64,000 bases of DNA from Balanoglossus misakiensis (taxonomy: Eukaryota > Animalia > Hemichordata). A program made the translations under genes and the position numbers. Below, piece by piece: positions 1 to 13,319 of the stretch; the first letter of the stretch is position 1, and every line of letters begins with the position of its first letter. The notes beneath the pieces are model-generated. The model was given only the letters and a program-made list of their open reading frames with translations. It made no database searches and was not told where the DNA came from. The DNA is taken from contig CM082594.2 in NCBI GenBank assembly GCA_040954595.2, positions 11,288,276 through 11,352,275 on the forward strand. The letters are read 5' to 3'.

Positions 1-1382
1 GATATCCAACCAGGCAAGCACAGTGTCATTTCACTCCGAGACAAAACCTGTTCGGATGAGTGTCTGTACGTGTTTCTTTCTGTTCTGCCAGCACTCTTTT
101 TAATTATTCGCTGAGATAACACCCAAGGCGAGAATTGAACAAAGTTCTTCACTCAGCTTAAAATATCTTTGCTTCGGCATAGCAGTGCTACTCCATACCT
201 CGAACTTTCCCCCTGGAGAGCGTTGTAATAACGTGGAATGTGTTCGCTAAGCTGAACACTCCAGTGATTTTACGCTTGAAATGCTCTCCAAAAAATGCTG
301 GGCCCTTGTCTCATCCTGCCGCAGTTTCCTATTCTGGAAATTTCTGGAGGGAACTGTTGGTTGCACATGTTTCGTCGGGTTTCTATTAGGCCATTCAATT
401 CGTATTTGTTGTATAACGTTTTCTACTAGACTACAAATACAATGCTACTAAACATATTTAACTTTATTTAAGACTTGCATGTATTATATAAATGGCTTCG
501 GAACATCCTGTTTGGCGTAACTGTAGAACGGGAAAGGTCTTCACAATGTGTTGTTTTAATTGGTAAAAATAAAGTTTTGTCTCGCATGAATCTCATAGCA
601 TTGAGGGATGTCAGTCCATACATACATACGTCAAAATAGCATGTCTAGCCAGATATGAATTCTATAAGTATACAAGTACATTAATATGTATGATTTACAC
701 CAGAGAAAACAAAAAGTGAAAAAATTAAAGTTGCAATGAAGTGGGTACTTCCCACTTAATACAGATTGTTCATTTTGTTTGAACGCTCAAAGACATTGGC
801 ATCTACAGACAATGGTTTTCATGAAATACTTTTCATAGTGCATTTAGCATTAAACAAAATATGGGAAATTCAACATCCACAAGTTCCCACGCATACATTT
901 CCTGCGGCGATATAGCAACGCAAACAAAGTATTTAGAACTGCATCTATCTTTCTCTGATGACCAAGTCAAACCACACCCTATAAGACACATTCACCTTCA
1001 CGCCAGACTCCAGCCCCACTGTTCCACCCAATGGCTATTACCTTTGACATTTAAATTAATCTCAGGAATAATCTTATGAACAGCAATCGTGGATGCCGAA
1101 TGACGTGCGCTGGAAATCGAGATAATTTTCAATCGGAAGAACTCATTCATCACAATCTTTGAAAGTAGAGACAGGGAACCAGCAAATGAAATTGGGCTGG
1201 CGTAATGATTTAAACGCCACGATTGTTCTCACGCAAATGAATCAACCTAGAGCCTGCAAACTTGTTTTCTTTGAATTACCCCCCTTTTCTTCCTTTTGCA
1301 TTTAGCTGACTAATTTTCCTCCTACACGATCCATAAATTTCAATTTCTGCCAAAGTTACGGTAGCTCTTTTAGCCAAGTATC

Positions 1383-1460
1383 GTTGTCCATGGAAACGGA
1401 ATAACAAATGAGCACCACAAGTCCATATAAAACCCGGTACAGTTTCCCAACACCAGTCTT
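1383..1460 (+). promoter_or_regulatory. Core promoter of peptide-EF-hand gene 1
   Basis: TATAAAA at 1426-1432. Inr-like CCAGTC with its A at 1455, 29 nt downstream. X-box-like GTTGTCCATGGAAAC at 1383-1397. ATG at 1517. Confidence 0.6.
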
Positions 1461-1516
1461 TTACAAGCAAGTCTGTCGAAGATACTGTTACGCACTATCG
1501 GCAAGTTTCCGGCATA

Positions 1517-4324
1517 ATGCAGAAGTTATCAGGTAAGAAACATGCCATGTATTCTTTACTTTTTAAACTACCTCTTTTTGTTAATCCAGTATGGAGTATT
1601 CTGTAACGCACAAAGCATTCAGAAAATCAAGACCTTTGCATCAAAAATCATGGCTTAAACACTAATGATTAGTTTTACTGTGGATAATAAAGCACAGCAT
1701 AATCTGACATATAATCATAATCTCTCAAGGTGTATTGATATGTCTGAAACTTGGCGTAATATATCGTGCAGACTGTGAAACTATCTGTCGCCATGACTAA
1801 AGTTCTGCACTTGCCATGTTTACGGAAATACAGAGGACTGCATATATAGTTGTGCGTCGGAAAGATAGAAAAATTCAGATTTCTAGCTTATGTGATCTTG
1901 CATTTTGTCGCAACTTACAGAAAAAAAATGTAAAGGGGCGGGGGGAGAACGCTTGCAGCGAAAAAATTCAATGGTCTGTGCTGCCTGATGTCTGAGACAT
2001 GTCTAGAAAAAACATACCGACATAGCTAAAATCTCTATTTAAATTCTTTAAATTGAAAAAAGTCAGTAGAAGATTAAGAACGTCAAAAATGATATTTCTC
2101 ACGCGTCGGTATTGTGTTGGAATGTTATGGCCACAAGCGCCTCGCACATTGCTGATTAAATTTTGATAATTTTTGGAATACATCGAAGATGTACACACAG
2201 AAACATGTACAAGACGGATTGCAGCGATCGGCAAACACTATTTAATTTTCTGTCTTTTTTTCCTTGTGGTCAAATATCGAAAATAGCGCTTCATGCAAAG
2301 AGCGGTTTACATACATGTTTATCATTACGATAAGTGGTTCCTTTACACGAGACAGGAGGAATAGAAGCAATACTCCTGACGTATTTGTACAGTTCATCAG
2401 TCTGCCACCCAAGGGCGATGGATGTGGGGAATTATCAAAGTTATAAAGTATTCTTATTAGAAAAGTGGTTTCAATCTGCAGAAACTGCATGCGAGCAACA
2501 GATCGCTGTGTCTGGCTGAGAAAATTGACAACTTTTACACAGTCAACTAAAGTTACAGTCGCAGTTTTACGTTACTCTCTGTAATCCTATGGATGCCATA
2601 CCTCAGAGTGGGGGACTATATCATTTAGGTTCAATACTTTTAGCCGACTTTATGTATAGAGCTCGTCAAATATTTACTAAATGCCATACTGCATGCATAC
2701 AACAAAAGTTAACTTTTCTCCTGTAACTGAAGTACTCTATTCTAAAAGTTGGTGTTGAGACACATAGTCTAAAAAGAGACAAAGTTTTACCACACTCCGG
2801 ACAAATCGTCAGGTTTCTTCACTCTGCCTTAAACAAGGGAAGCTTGAGAAAGATCAACGCTGTGTGTTTCTATTCTGTCTGCTTCTCAAGTTACATGTGA
2901 AACCAGAGCAGAAACCTTTTCTCCCAAACAAATCGTAGTTGTGTGATAACACACCATATAGATCAACTTCAGGGTGGCCTTTTGAAACATTTATATGTGC
3001 AAATCAAACACTGAGTGAATACCCTCAGTGACATTCTTTAGATCAGGTACTCAAGGAGATAACAGAATAATATTAGAGTAATATAATCCATAGAAAACCA
3101 TGTGTACCGATAAATGTGATCATATGTGATCTTTTTTTCAATTTTCAAATGCCGAGTGGTTGTTAAGAGATCGGAACAACCACCCACATACAAAAAGAGT
3201 TAACTTTGATATTGTTCGTTCAACATGTTGTCATGGGTAACAGATTGCTGTTTTCTGTGAATTTTTGAACCCGCAATTCTTCTAGAATCTAATAGCTTTA
3301 AACATAGCCATTTGTGTTGATAGCTTTTACAAAAAGACGAGAGATTTATAGTGGAGTATATTGATTGTCTGTGCAGATATTCAATAGAATTAAACCAAGG
3401 AAATGACATTTTTCTATTGATCCTTTACACTTGGACTTCAGATGTACAAACAACACAGCCATAAACAGGACGAAAGGAGTAATATTGTCTCATTTGTCTC
3501 TTTTAGTTACAATCACAGTTTGCATCGTCCTGACATGCCTTCTGATCTCGACCAGCGAAGGAGCATGTCGAAGTCGATGGAAGGTTTTCAGCATGGCTGC
3601 TTGCAAGAGATCGGAACAACCAAATGTTAAAGACTATCTTACAGAGTTCAGGATATTTGATTTAAATGACGATGGTACCATTACCTTCGACGAAGTCGAG
3701 GAACTTGAAGGCTTTCTCAAAGGAATGGATTATAATGGTAAATTCACTAAATATCAACTGAATTGTTAGACGTAGCGGCTTGATAACAAAATCAGATAAA
3801 CGATAAAAGATGATTTTGTCTTGAAATTATCTACTTTTTCTTGCACAGGATGAAACAATAAGCTTATCTACAGAGTGCATCCACGTAGTTCTTTAGATCC
3901 CTACCGTAGATAAAATTCATTTTGTAGACGCAATTTACATTTGTCAACTTATGCAACCATCACTCTCACTCACTTGCTCACTGACTGATTGACTCACTCA
4001 CTCACTCAACCACACACATTTCGCGAAATATTCAAGTCTTTCTTATGCTGTCTTGCTGTGTTGGCTGGTACAAACAGGCTCACTTTCATTCAACCATATA
4101 CATTCATTACATTTAGGAGTACATGTACTTTTTTGTCTATACACAAGCATATAAAATGCGAAATAATAGCCTCTCATGTTGGAAAAAAAGAAAACCACAT
4201 TTACTTTTAATGCGCCGCACCAACTAATGGTTTGTTTGTGTTTATTTCAGGAGATCAAAGAGTAAGCCTGACGGAATACATAATGGACGCAGAGAAGTCA
4301 GAAAGCGACGGACTCAATGTGTAG
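1517..4324 (+). CDS. Secreted peptide/EF-hand precursor 1 (106 aa); coding exons 1517-1532, 3507-3737, 4251-4324
   Basis: Canonical GT-AG introns, both phase 1 (G|gtaaga...ctcttttag|TT and G|gtaaat...tttatttcag|GA). Spliced ORF: MQKLSVTITVCIVLTCLLISTSEG-ACRSRWKVFSMAAC-KR-SEQPNVKDYLTEFRIF-DLNDDGTITFDE-VEELEGFLKGM-DYNGDQRVSLTE-YIMDAEKSESDGLNV*. It has a hydrophobic signal peptide, a dibasic site and two EF-hand loops. Confidence 0.88.
3961..4007 (+). repeat. Degenerate (CACT)n microsatellite in intron 2 of gene 1
   Basis: cactctcactcacttgctcactgactgattgactcactcactcactc. Confidence 0.7.
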
Positions 4325-5619
4325 ATGAAACCAAGTTTTGTTAAAATTTCAGATATACGGACATTACCCACCCCACAGCCTAGACGTAGGTGTTAGAGAA
4401 TGCCCCATTTCTGCACTTTGATAGTTTTGAGTTTTGTTATCAAGACACCCCCATACTTAATGATTTCTTTATCGCTTTCCTTCATTCATCACGGCTCGGC
4501 AAAACGCAGACATTGTCAAATTAAAGACACGGCATATAGGATATTGATCCATTAAGTCAAACGGATAGTATTTCGACTGATGTTGCAGACAGCGATATCG
4601 CTGATTATTCCAGAGATTCTGGCTCCAAGAAGCAACATGAGTATGATTATCCAGATAGCTCAAACTGCCAACAAATCTTTCCCTATGCAAAATACATGTA
4701 TCCTTGGATATCAGATTGTCTACCCAAACAATTTACTCTACATCAATTTTGTCGGTATTAAAAAGATATTTTGGGATGTTATATTACTTAGAGACATTTT
4801 ACCTAGGGGGTTGTTTACTTGAACTATGTCTTATTTTGCCTCTGTGTGGGGGATTTCCATAACGGAATGAAACGGTTGAACAGGGAGAGCTGTTGATTTA
4901 CTTCACTTTAGAAATGTAAAAACAAGATTCTTAAGCTTTGAAATCATTGAATGGTTGCCTCGGAAACCGACTTGCATTATTTGAATTTGGTTCCTAAGAT
5001 TCTTTCTTATTCACCCAATGTATGACTACCGATTTATTCCGTTGCTATAGTAGCATAGATGCACCAAACAAAGTCCTTCAAAGTAACACGTTCTATCTTT
5101 AGCTCTGATTGTTGGTAATATTTTACATGACTTCTCGATTTGTACATAATAAAACAAGGGCATCGTAATTACCTATATGCATCCTATTTGTAGCAAACAA
5201 GTGAAAGTATGTGCATTTTATTTGTTGCCATGGTTTTAACCGGTTCTTCTGATAAGAAGCCGTTGGTAATTAAAACATGCGAGACAATTTGGTTTAATTT
5301 GAGGAATACTTTTCCCTGGCTTGTCAAATATTACTACTTTCATGAATGGAAGTTAATATGTCCTTATAGGACATCGCCTAATAAAACATTTCGAAACTGT
5401 TGATAACAAAAGAGCGGTCCACCTACTTGTGAGAGTGTCTAAAAGTGCAATCTCTAAGAACATACCAAGCATGTGCATGAAAGATTTTGATCACAAAAAC
5501 AATAGTGCCCCAGGTCTTTTATATTAACTACTCCTGCGCTCAGGTGTAAATATTAAAGGAGAACCATGGCCCTGATTCTGAAACATCTGATGCCAACAAG
5601 GCAGTGGCCAACTGAACTA

Positions 5620-6440
5620 AATCTCAGACCCATAGAAAGCAGAAAAACTGTGATTGGAAATAACCAACACGCAGCCAAATTAGAAGCCAAATGAGCACAC
5701 TCGGGGACATTTGAAGTGGGCACTGTATGGATGCATGCAGATTTGACCACAAACACCCTTTTGCAAGTAAGAAGTTTTCAGGTACATCGTAGATATACTT
5801 TGATACAAATTTGCGAATCGACTTTCGCTTCTCAGATTGCGTTTTGGTGTTACTTAAGCATTCAACTACATTGCAGCATCGCCACCAATCTATTACTCTT
5901 TCCAATTGTCTGTTGCCTCCGTCTCATCTCCAGCTAACCCCTCTTGATCTTTGCATAACATTGACGCGCGTCAATTACAACTGTCGCGGTTTGCTGTCGC
6001 CATTTTGTGCTATTCAGCCAGGGCTCAGGATTTCCTGCAGGAAGGCCTTCCGCACCTTCAATCAAGGCCAGGCTCTTCGTCACAAAATGCAGCCATTAAA
6101 ACTGTCTTGGTTTCCATAGATACTGTTGTCGTCACTGAATGCTTATAATCTTGTTCCCCACGAAATTGTCAAATTTGGACAGGCCAGTTAATTGCGCAAT
6201 AATTTACTTGAAGTCTATTTGAAACTTGTAATGATGGCTTTCTTGGGTATGCGGTTCTGAAACTGCCTTAAACAGCAATTTGCACAAACACTGGCTTGTA
6301 AGCGAGGTTGGTAACTGCGTCAAAACAATTACAGCTAGATTGACTCATCCGTACATTCAAGTTTTGTTTCTATCCTGCGCATCTTTCTGAAGCACCTCTA
6401 GCGATATTTGTTGTAACTAAAACCCCTTGGTCGCCATGAG
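5620..6440 (-). mobile_element. Possible highly decayed transposon coding remnant
   Basis: Coding-like but stop-ridden. The segment TQSEKRKSIRKFVSKYIYD loosely recalls the N-terminal region of Ginger/gypsy-type integrases. No termini were identified. Confidence 0.2.
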
Positions 6441-9400
6441 AACATTCTACTATGATTTTCATCAACATGCTGTTGATGCTACCAAATGATTACACAACAT
6501 GGAATACTGGGATTTGGGAAAGAGCGGTCTACAAAATATAATCGCCAACTCATCTACTACTGCTATTACAAAACACTTACACAGACAAAATAGAGCAAAC
6601 AGAGCTTAATCCAACAAAAGAAGTGTGTAACAACAACAAAACAAAGACAACAACATCAACAACAACAAACAAATATAGACACAAGAAAAAAACACCCAAG
6701 AATTTCACACACTGAGGACTGTCAATCCAGTTGGCTGTTTGATACAACTGTGGATTGATAGCAGGGCATATTGTTTGAGTAGAAGTTGTGTAAATCTGTC
6801 CTGACAAAAGTTACATGACTAAAATTTCATAGAATATAAACGTCCTTGTGTTAAGTGTTTAATTAGCAAAGTTTCCCCTGGTAGTCGGTTACAGACAACA
6901 TATTAGTGAACAGATGTAATGTGATTTCGGTCTTATTTGAGCTCACACACATAATGACTAACTACCCGAAAAAAGATTGACTGCTGTAATGTGTGATGCG
7001 CCACCAGTGGTAACTTGCTTATGGGAATCTGTCACAGCGAGTGAATGTCAATCGTTGATGCGACTCTGTATCTTGAATCTATGTGGAAAGGCTGATTCAA
7101 GATACTATAGATGGTCGGCTGCAGTTATGGTTCAGGCAGGTTTTAACATTTGCCCTTTTAAATATGAAACATTAGGGCTGAATGTCAACTACACACTTTA
7201 ATCTAGGTGTTCAATCTATATGTTGTGTAAGATACAGGTTAGCACCATCAGTTAATTTTGTATAGTAGATACCCTAGACAGAATTAATACATTACTTTTT
7301 TCTTAGTATGTTTGTAAATTCGGTACAGGGCATCAGCCCATCATGGACACAAACTGAGATGAAATGATCAGATAAGAAGAGAGGAAAACTTGGAAAAAGA
7401 TAAAAAATAAATGTCGAAGCTTGTTTTCTTTAATGGTACACCATTGTCTCGAAACAACTCCTCGAAAGGGACGCTATCGGCATTTTATACGTGCATGTGA
7501 ATGCGTAGGTGATAGCTGAAAAATTGTCAACATTTACTCTACGTCGTTAGGTGGCGCTGTCTTCTAAAGACGATGCTATGAGATGACTCCTTGTGAATGT
7601 GGTTTAATTCTATAACTATAGCTGGCGCTAGTTACTTGGTATGAATCGGGTTACCTACGATTCAGCTATTTTGTTGAGCCGAACAATCACATTTACGCCC
7701 TCTACATGGACATGCACTGCTTTGGCAAATTCCAATAAAAGCACACATGCCTTGGATTTGGTGTGGCAAAAGTTACTGTTTTTCTGGCCTCACCAAGTTG
7801 AAATAAAAGTAATATTTTATGGTTGATCATGTGATAGTGGTCAAATCCAATGGTGAGTGGCTCATACACACTGTTTATATATACAGCACTTAGTACATTT
7901 ATTCATTCATCCGTAAAATCAATTGCAGTGAGTGTTGCCCTGTCTATGGATTGTGACAGCTACCTATTTCGCCGCAGAACAGCCAAGTGGTGGCGCAATT
8001 AGTTTTTATTTCAGACTTTAGCAAAAAGTGACACAGTTACTAAAGGCAGAAATACAAAATTTGGACAAGTAAGGGTAATAAATGCACATAGATAAAATTA
8101 TCTCGTATACATCCGGGCGGGGTATGATGCGAGAATGTGTCTCCATGTTCGATCAATATGCTGTACCTTACCCCTTTGGGCCCAAGTCTATTTCTGTCAT
8201 ATTTGATTTCAATCGCACTTGATCACAACGTCAAGTATTAGAGTTGATGATAATACACATCCCTAATGGTTTCGATCATAGAGTGAATTGTGTAAGGTGG
8301 TCAAACATAAACTCGTGGTTCACAGATAAAAATAGAAATGTGATACAGGTTTACCCACTGGCGTTTTTATTTTCTCTGGAAAAATGCTTAACAGGCTAAT
8401 TTGGATGAGAGATATTACAAGAGGGACATGGGAATTTAGATCCAATTTTTCCAAAGCTCCTCAGCAATTTAAAAACCATAGAAGAATCACACAGACCATG
8501 ACCTACTTGGTGTGTACGTACAGTGGTGAAAGTAAAACTTAATAGGATCCTATGCTGACATAATGTCATGTGTCATTTGTTTTTATTATGTTGATTCAGA
8601 GACGAGAGCAGTACGGAAAAGAAAATGCATGTGATTTTTTCGTAGCGAGAAATGCCATCGGTGACATTGTCTTCCTAAAATTGTATTTTAAAAAGATACA
8701 AGACCGGTTTTGTTCCAATCTGTCACGTTTTTGTCCTCCTGTCAGTACATATGGTGATGGCGTCAATATTTTTTCATACTGCAAGAAGTGTCAACGATGA
8801 CAATTTTTTTAAATACGTCATCCTACTGTGAGTGTCATCAGTCATGCTTCATCACGTTGACGTGAAGACAAAAGGCAAAAGAAGCAAACGCAAATATATT
8901 TATTTATAGAATTTAGGGACCATTTCTTGTTGGCGTAATAATGTTTCATGACGTGGATGTGACTTTGAACGTACCACATCGTGCGTGATTGCCTACAATG
9001 CACGGAAATTTAACCCGAGTTTCTATAAAAGTTGAATGTCAATTCTCTCAGGCTGGTTTAGTTATAGCTTGACTGAAGTCACGACTGACTTTTATTTACA
9101 GGGAAAGTTACTATTCGTGTGTGTGTTGTATTGTCACGACTAACTTAACAAGCTCTAAGTGTTCCCTCGTCACCATGGAAATATTCTTGTTGGTTAATAA
9201 ACGTCACGCTGACCATCAAACATTCATTGCTGGTCTGCAGTAAGGTCGTGGAGTCTGAAGAAGCTAAAAAAATCTTAAGTTTGGGTACAAATTCCTTTAA
9301 ACTTGCCTTTGAAAGTAGTCAGTTGCTTGACTTTGTTGATTTAGAACGCATGTAATTTATTCAAAGGCGTCAGTAAACTATTAGAGTTATGACTTCATAG

Positions 9401-9599
9401 GAAATGCCGGAAATTACGCAGATGCGATGTGCGTAGCAGTGTCGGATCATAAGTTGAATGAATGTGTTAGTAACATTTTTGTTACTAAATTGCTAAAAAT
9501 AATTACTTTTCTTAAATCTTGACAGAACATATTCGCTTTCCGGAAAGGTTTGACCTCATGGGGAGAGAATTTCCTTGTATTTCTATCAGCAGCATTAAA

Positions 9600-9854
9600 G
9601 GGTCTGGACAGAATCAACAGGGGAAGGTGTTGTTCAAAATCTGGATCCTCAAAAATTGTGACAGTCCGGCCTAAAGCTCTTGCATGAAAAATAGTGAAAA
9701 GTCAGATTTTGAAAGTTTGTATGGGTTGAAATATTTATCCAAAATGCACATGCACAAAAAATACTGATCCTCCCTTAACACATGGACATTACCAGTAGTG
9801 ACCCTCCCCCCAAATTGCACCAGCCCTCCCCTCCTGTTGATTCAGTCCTGACCC
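9600..9854. mobile_element. MITE, probably PIF/Harbinger-like
   Basis: Left end GGGTCTGGACAGAATCAACAGG; right end reverse complement GGGTCAGGACTGAATCAACAGG (20/22 match). Flanks AAA and TAA fit a degenerate 3-bp TWA target duplication. No ORF. Confidence 0.75.
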
Positions 9855-10608
9855 TAAATAATAATTACGTTAAGGAGCGATGTGTTTTCGAAGTCTAAAA
9901 GTTTGAGACATGCCAGTTATGACGAACAAAGTCCTCCTTGAACTGTATCTGGCAAACGTCACACAATGTAAAGTTCAAACTATTCAATCCCCCCTTTGAG
10001 GGAAATGCTGATACTTTCTGAAGCGTCTTCCAGATGCCCAGCTGGTTTGCTTCCTTGGGTGGGGTGCTTGAAGGCAATATTTCCAGTAGATAATCGAGCT
10101 TTCTCGATTCAGCGGGGGTGCGTCATCTATTGTGGGATGGCTTCCAAGTGGATGCAATCTCCGTAACCAGGAAACGCCTCAGATACTCCAATATATTATA
10201 ATCAGTGAATTGTGAGAATGATACAATGAGATTCTTTCACGCACAGATGCTTCCTACTATATTCTCCAAAGTCCCAGTAAAACAGATCGTCGCTTATATT
10301 AAAAGTGACGCAAAAGGGTCACATTTTAATGCTCTGATTAAACCCGGTTCTGACGTCCAACAGTTGCCTTAAATCTAAAGTTGTCATAAATGTTACCCCT
10401 TCCTCTCCTGACCATAAAGTAATATTACTCCTTCATATCTTACTGTGGCCCAAGGTTATTGGTTGTGTTTTACCACCGGCACAAATTATGACTCTTGTCA
10501 ACACTGCGTGATTTCAATGGATGACACCCCTGGTTTTATTTGAAGTGCTTCACTGGCAACCATTTACACACAGGATATGAAGCTGTGTTATGAACTGGCT
10601 CGTTGGTG

Positions 10609-10645
10609 TATTTAAGCGCTTACACCATCTGAGATGCGTCAGTGG
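10609..10645 (+). promoter_or_regulatory. Core promoter of peptide-EF-hand gene 2
   Basis: TATA-like TATTTAA at 10609-10615 with Inr TCAGT at 10639-10643. ATG at 10725. Confidence 0.5.
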
Positions 10646-10724
10646 GCCTCCAGCTTGTAGTTTATTACACCGTGTCTACCCGTCTTCTCAGTGCCGAAGT
10701 TTCAAACGCCCATATTTACTCAAG

Positions 10725-11938
10725 ATGAAGAAACTAGGAACACGTTTTAGTAAGTCAAGGAACATCACTTATTTGACATCAACACAATACTGCATTGTTC
10801 ACTTTCTGCAGCTAGCCGTTGAATTTACTCCATGTTTGGTGTTTTACTGGTTCCATTCAAATATGTGATGCAACATGTTGTATTTTCCAACTACTATCAG
10901 GCAACTTTCTAAGCACTCTAAAAGCCAGCTACAAGAGTGATTAAGTAGCACAAGGTGGTTTCCTGTAACTACTGTACGGTTACTATAGTATTTTGCATTG
11001 CTGATTTGAAAAGCGTTTTGCCAACGATCATACAAACGCAAATATTTTCTTCCGCAAGATTTTGTGTTTCTAGTCAATTTAAAGTTTTCACACTTATCAC
11101 ATGCAATCTGACATGCGTATACATTTTTGTTAAATTTCAGGTCTGTTTTGCATTTCCCTTGTCATCTTTTCGCAACTACTGGGAGGGGTTCGTTCCTGGA
11201 AAGTTGGATGCAGTTCAAAATTACCACCATCATTGTGTGAACTCAAGCGATCGGGATCAACGCTTTCTTCAAAGTCAACACTCAACAAGTCCATACAAGA
11301 GTTTGATTTCCTCGACGCGAATGACGACTCAGTCATCACCACCAGAGATCTTGAGATACTCGTGGAAACGCTAAGAAAATTAGATGCAGATGGTGAGTGC
11401 TTCTAGGTTTTTACCGCAATTCACTGTTTTGACATCAAATAGCTCTCTGGTGATGGATAGATCGATATATTCAAAGGCCGGTATGTTGAGCTTTCATAAT
11501 CATTTAGAAAATCTGTTCTCTCCGCACCAGTCATAATTCATTGCTCCTCTCAAACGCGTGCAAAGTTACAAGTTAGAGTGGTGGTATATTCCGCAACATG
11601 CGCACAAATCCATATGGTATAACTTTCGATTTAATTTTAGTCTAAACTAACATTCAACAATGACAGCGACAATGATACTGGGTACCCCTGCTATACAAGG
11701 TCGTCAAATGAATAACTGACAATATTAAAAGGGTGTATCGCTGTATCAGAACCAGTATAGTGACAATCACGTCAAATGAGTAGTAATTATTACACAGAGC
11801 AAGTATTTCCTCTCTCTCTCTCTGGATATATGGGATTATACCAAATTATTTCCTTTCTATTCCACAGATGATGGCAAGATATCGGTGTCTGAGTACTTCT
11901 TTGCTGACAAATCCGAAAGAACTCCACCCGTACAATAA
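10725..11938 (+). CDS. Secreted peptide/EF-hand precursor 2 (115 aa); coding exons 10725-10749, 11141-11392, 11868-11938
   Basis: Phase-1 GT-AG introns (A|gtaagt...tttcag|GT and G|gtgagt...ttccacag|AT). Spliced ORF: MKKLGTRFSLFCISLVIFSQLLGGVRS-WKVGCSSKLPPSLCEL-KR-SGSTLSSKSTLNKSIQEFDFL-DANDDSVITTRD-LEILVETLRKL-DADDDGKISVSE-YFFADKSERTPPVQ*. The coding frame is absent from the ORF track. Same intron arrangement as genes 1 and 3. Confidence 0.87.
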
Positions 11939-13319
11939 ACTAAGCTGATGCGGTGCATTTTAGTTGAGATACTTGATGATTATTTCATGTCTAGTACTGA
12001 ATATGTTTCGAAGAACTAAAGGTATTTTTGTTATCTACTTAGCAAACCTATAGTTTTTCATTTAAATAATTTTCCTGATCGTTACTGTATTTCCTTCCGG
12101 TTAAGTTTTGTTTTAGTCCATATTATAACTTGATTTCATTTTACATTGCTCGTCGAATAAGGTACATTGCAATCATAAACCATATTTGAATATTCTGGGA
12201 TAAATATAGATTTTTACATACTAAGATTACTGTAAGATGAAGTTGTTGAAAAACTGTGAGACTGACTTTTGCACGGGTTTCCAAAATTCTGAACATGTCA
12301 CTTCTAGACATCTTGATAATAATGTGCAATTCAAATTTAATAATTATATCATTATTATCATATTGTGCCTTTTCGCCTCATGGTATTCATAAAGAGCCTT
12401 ATGTGGAAATTAAAATCATGCATCAATACAATGTTTGGCATCATTTCGATTTTGTCATTTAAATTTGAAATGGCGGCAGTTATCAACATGCCATTTTCCT
12501 GTTTGTAACCAATACATTTTCAATATTCAGGAGATCAACATAACTATCACGGTAGATTTGGCCGAAAACTGTTGTAACATGGATCATCTCCATGATTAAT
12601 CATGTACAATATTTGATGCGATGTTTAAGCCAAGTGCTGGAATGTAACTTTGCTGAATGTAAGTTTGCTTACTTATAAGATATGTTTCGAAAAGTAACTG
12701 AATAAATTGGGAATCTTTCGGTATTTACCCAATGTATGTAAGAGTATCCTGTGTTGCTACAATGATTATAGTTCCAGGCTTGTATTCGTTGATTAACAAT
12801 AATGATTCTACATATCAAACTGACTGAAAATGCTAATAGTGGTACTACCATCCTTTCATTGCAACCCCAGCTGGAGTGCATTATCTCACACAATAACAAA
12901 TTATTCGTATGAATACAAGTATTCCAATTTGCAAGATAGCGCCACAAGTCTTAGGCCTACATGGTTAAATGCCTTTATTGAGATTTCATTGAAGGGCGAG
13001 TCACGGTTGGTGATAGATCGCGCAAAATCCATACTCAAACCTCCTCTTTTATCTGGAAAGCTTTGAATGAGAAACATCTTCCAACTGACTTGATGATACA
13101 TTCAGCAATTGCATCCGGGGTTTCCACGGTGACAACGATCGTCTACGTTTGGAATGTTTGCAAGGACATCCGTGGATGAGAGAAAAGGGGAGGGAGTGGC
13201 GCGTGCATCTTAGGCACATAATGCCTCAAAGGGATCCGACATGTTTCTGTTTGATGCGGGTTTTGATCCAGTGAATATAAAAGCAAAACTCATGTCAGCA
13301 TGATCCGCGGGCAAGGAAG

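Noticed and set aside
3431-3506. N-terminal part of the 112-aa ORF (MDFRCTNN...)
   Set aside because: It starts at TTG and lies upstream of the acceptor at 3506, so it is intronic read-through. The alternative acceptor at 3441 gives an early stop when joined to exon 1.
10955-11374. 139-aa ORF in the track
   Set aside because: Wrong frame. The overlapping frame encodes the signal peptide, peptide and EF-hand exon and fits the splice phases.
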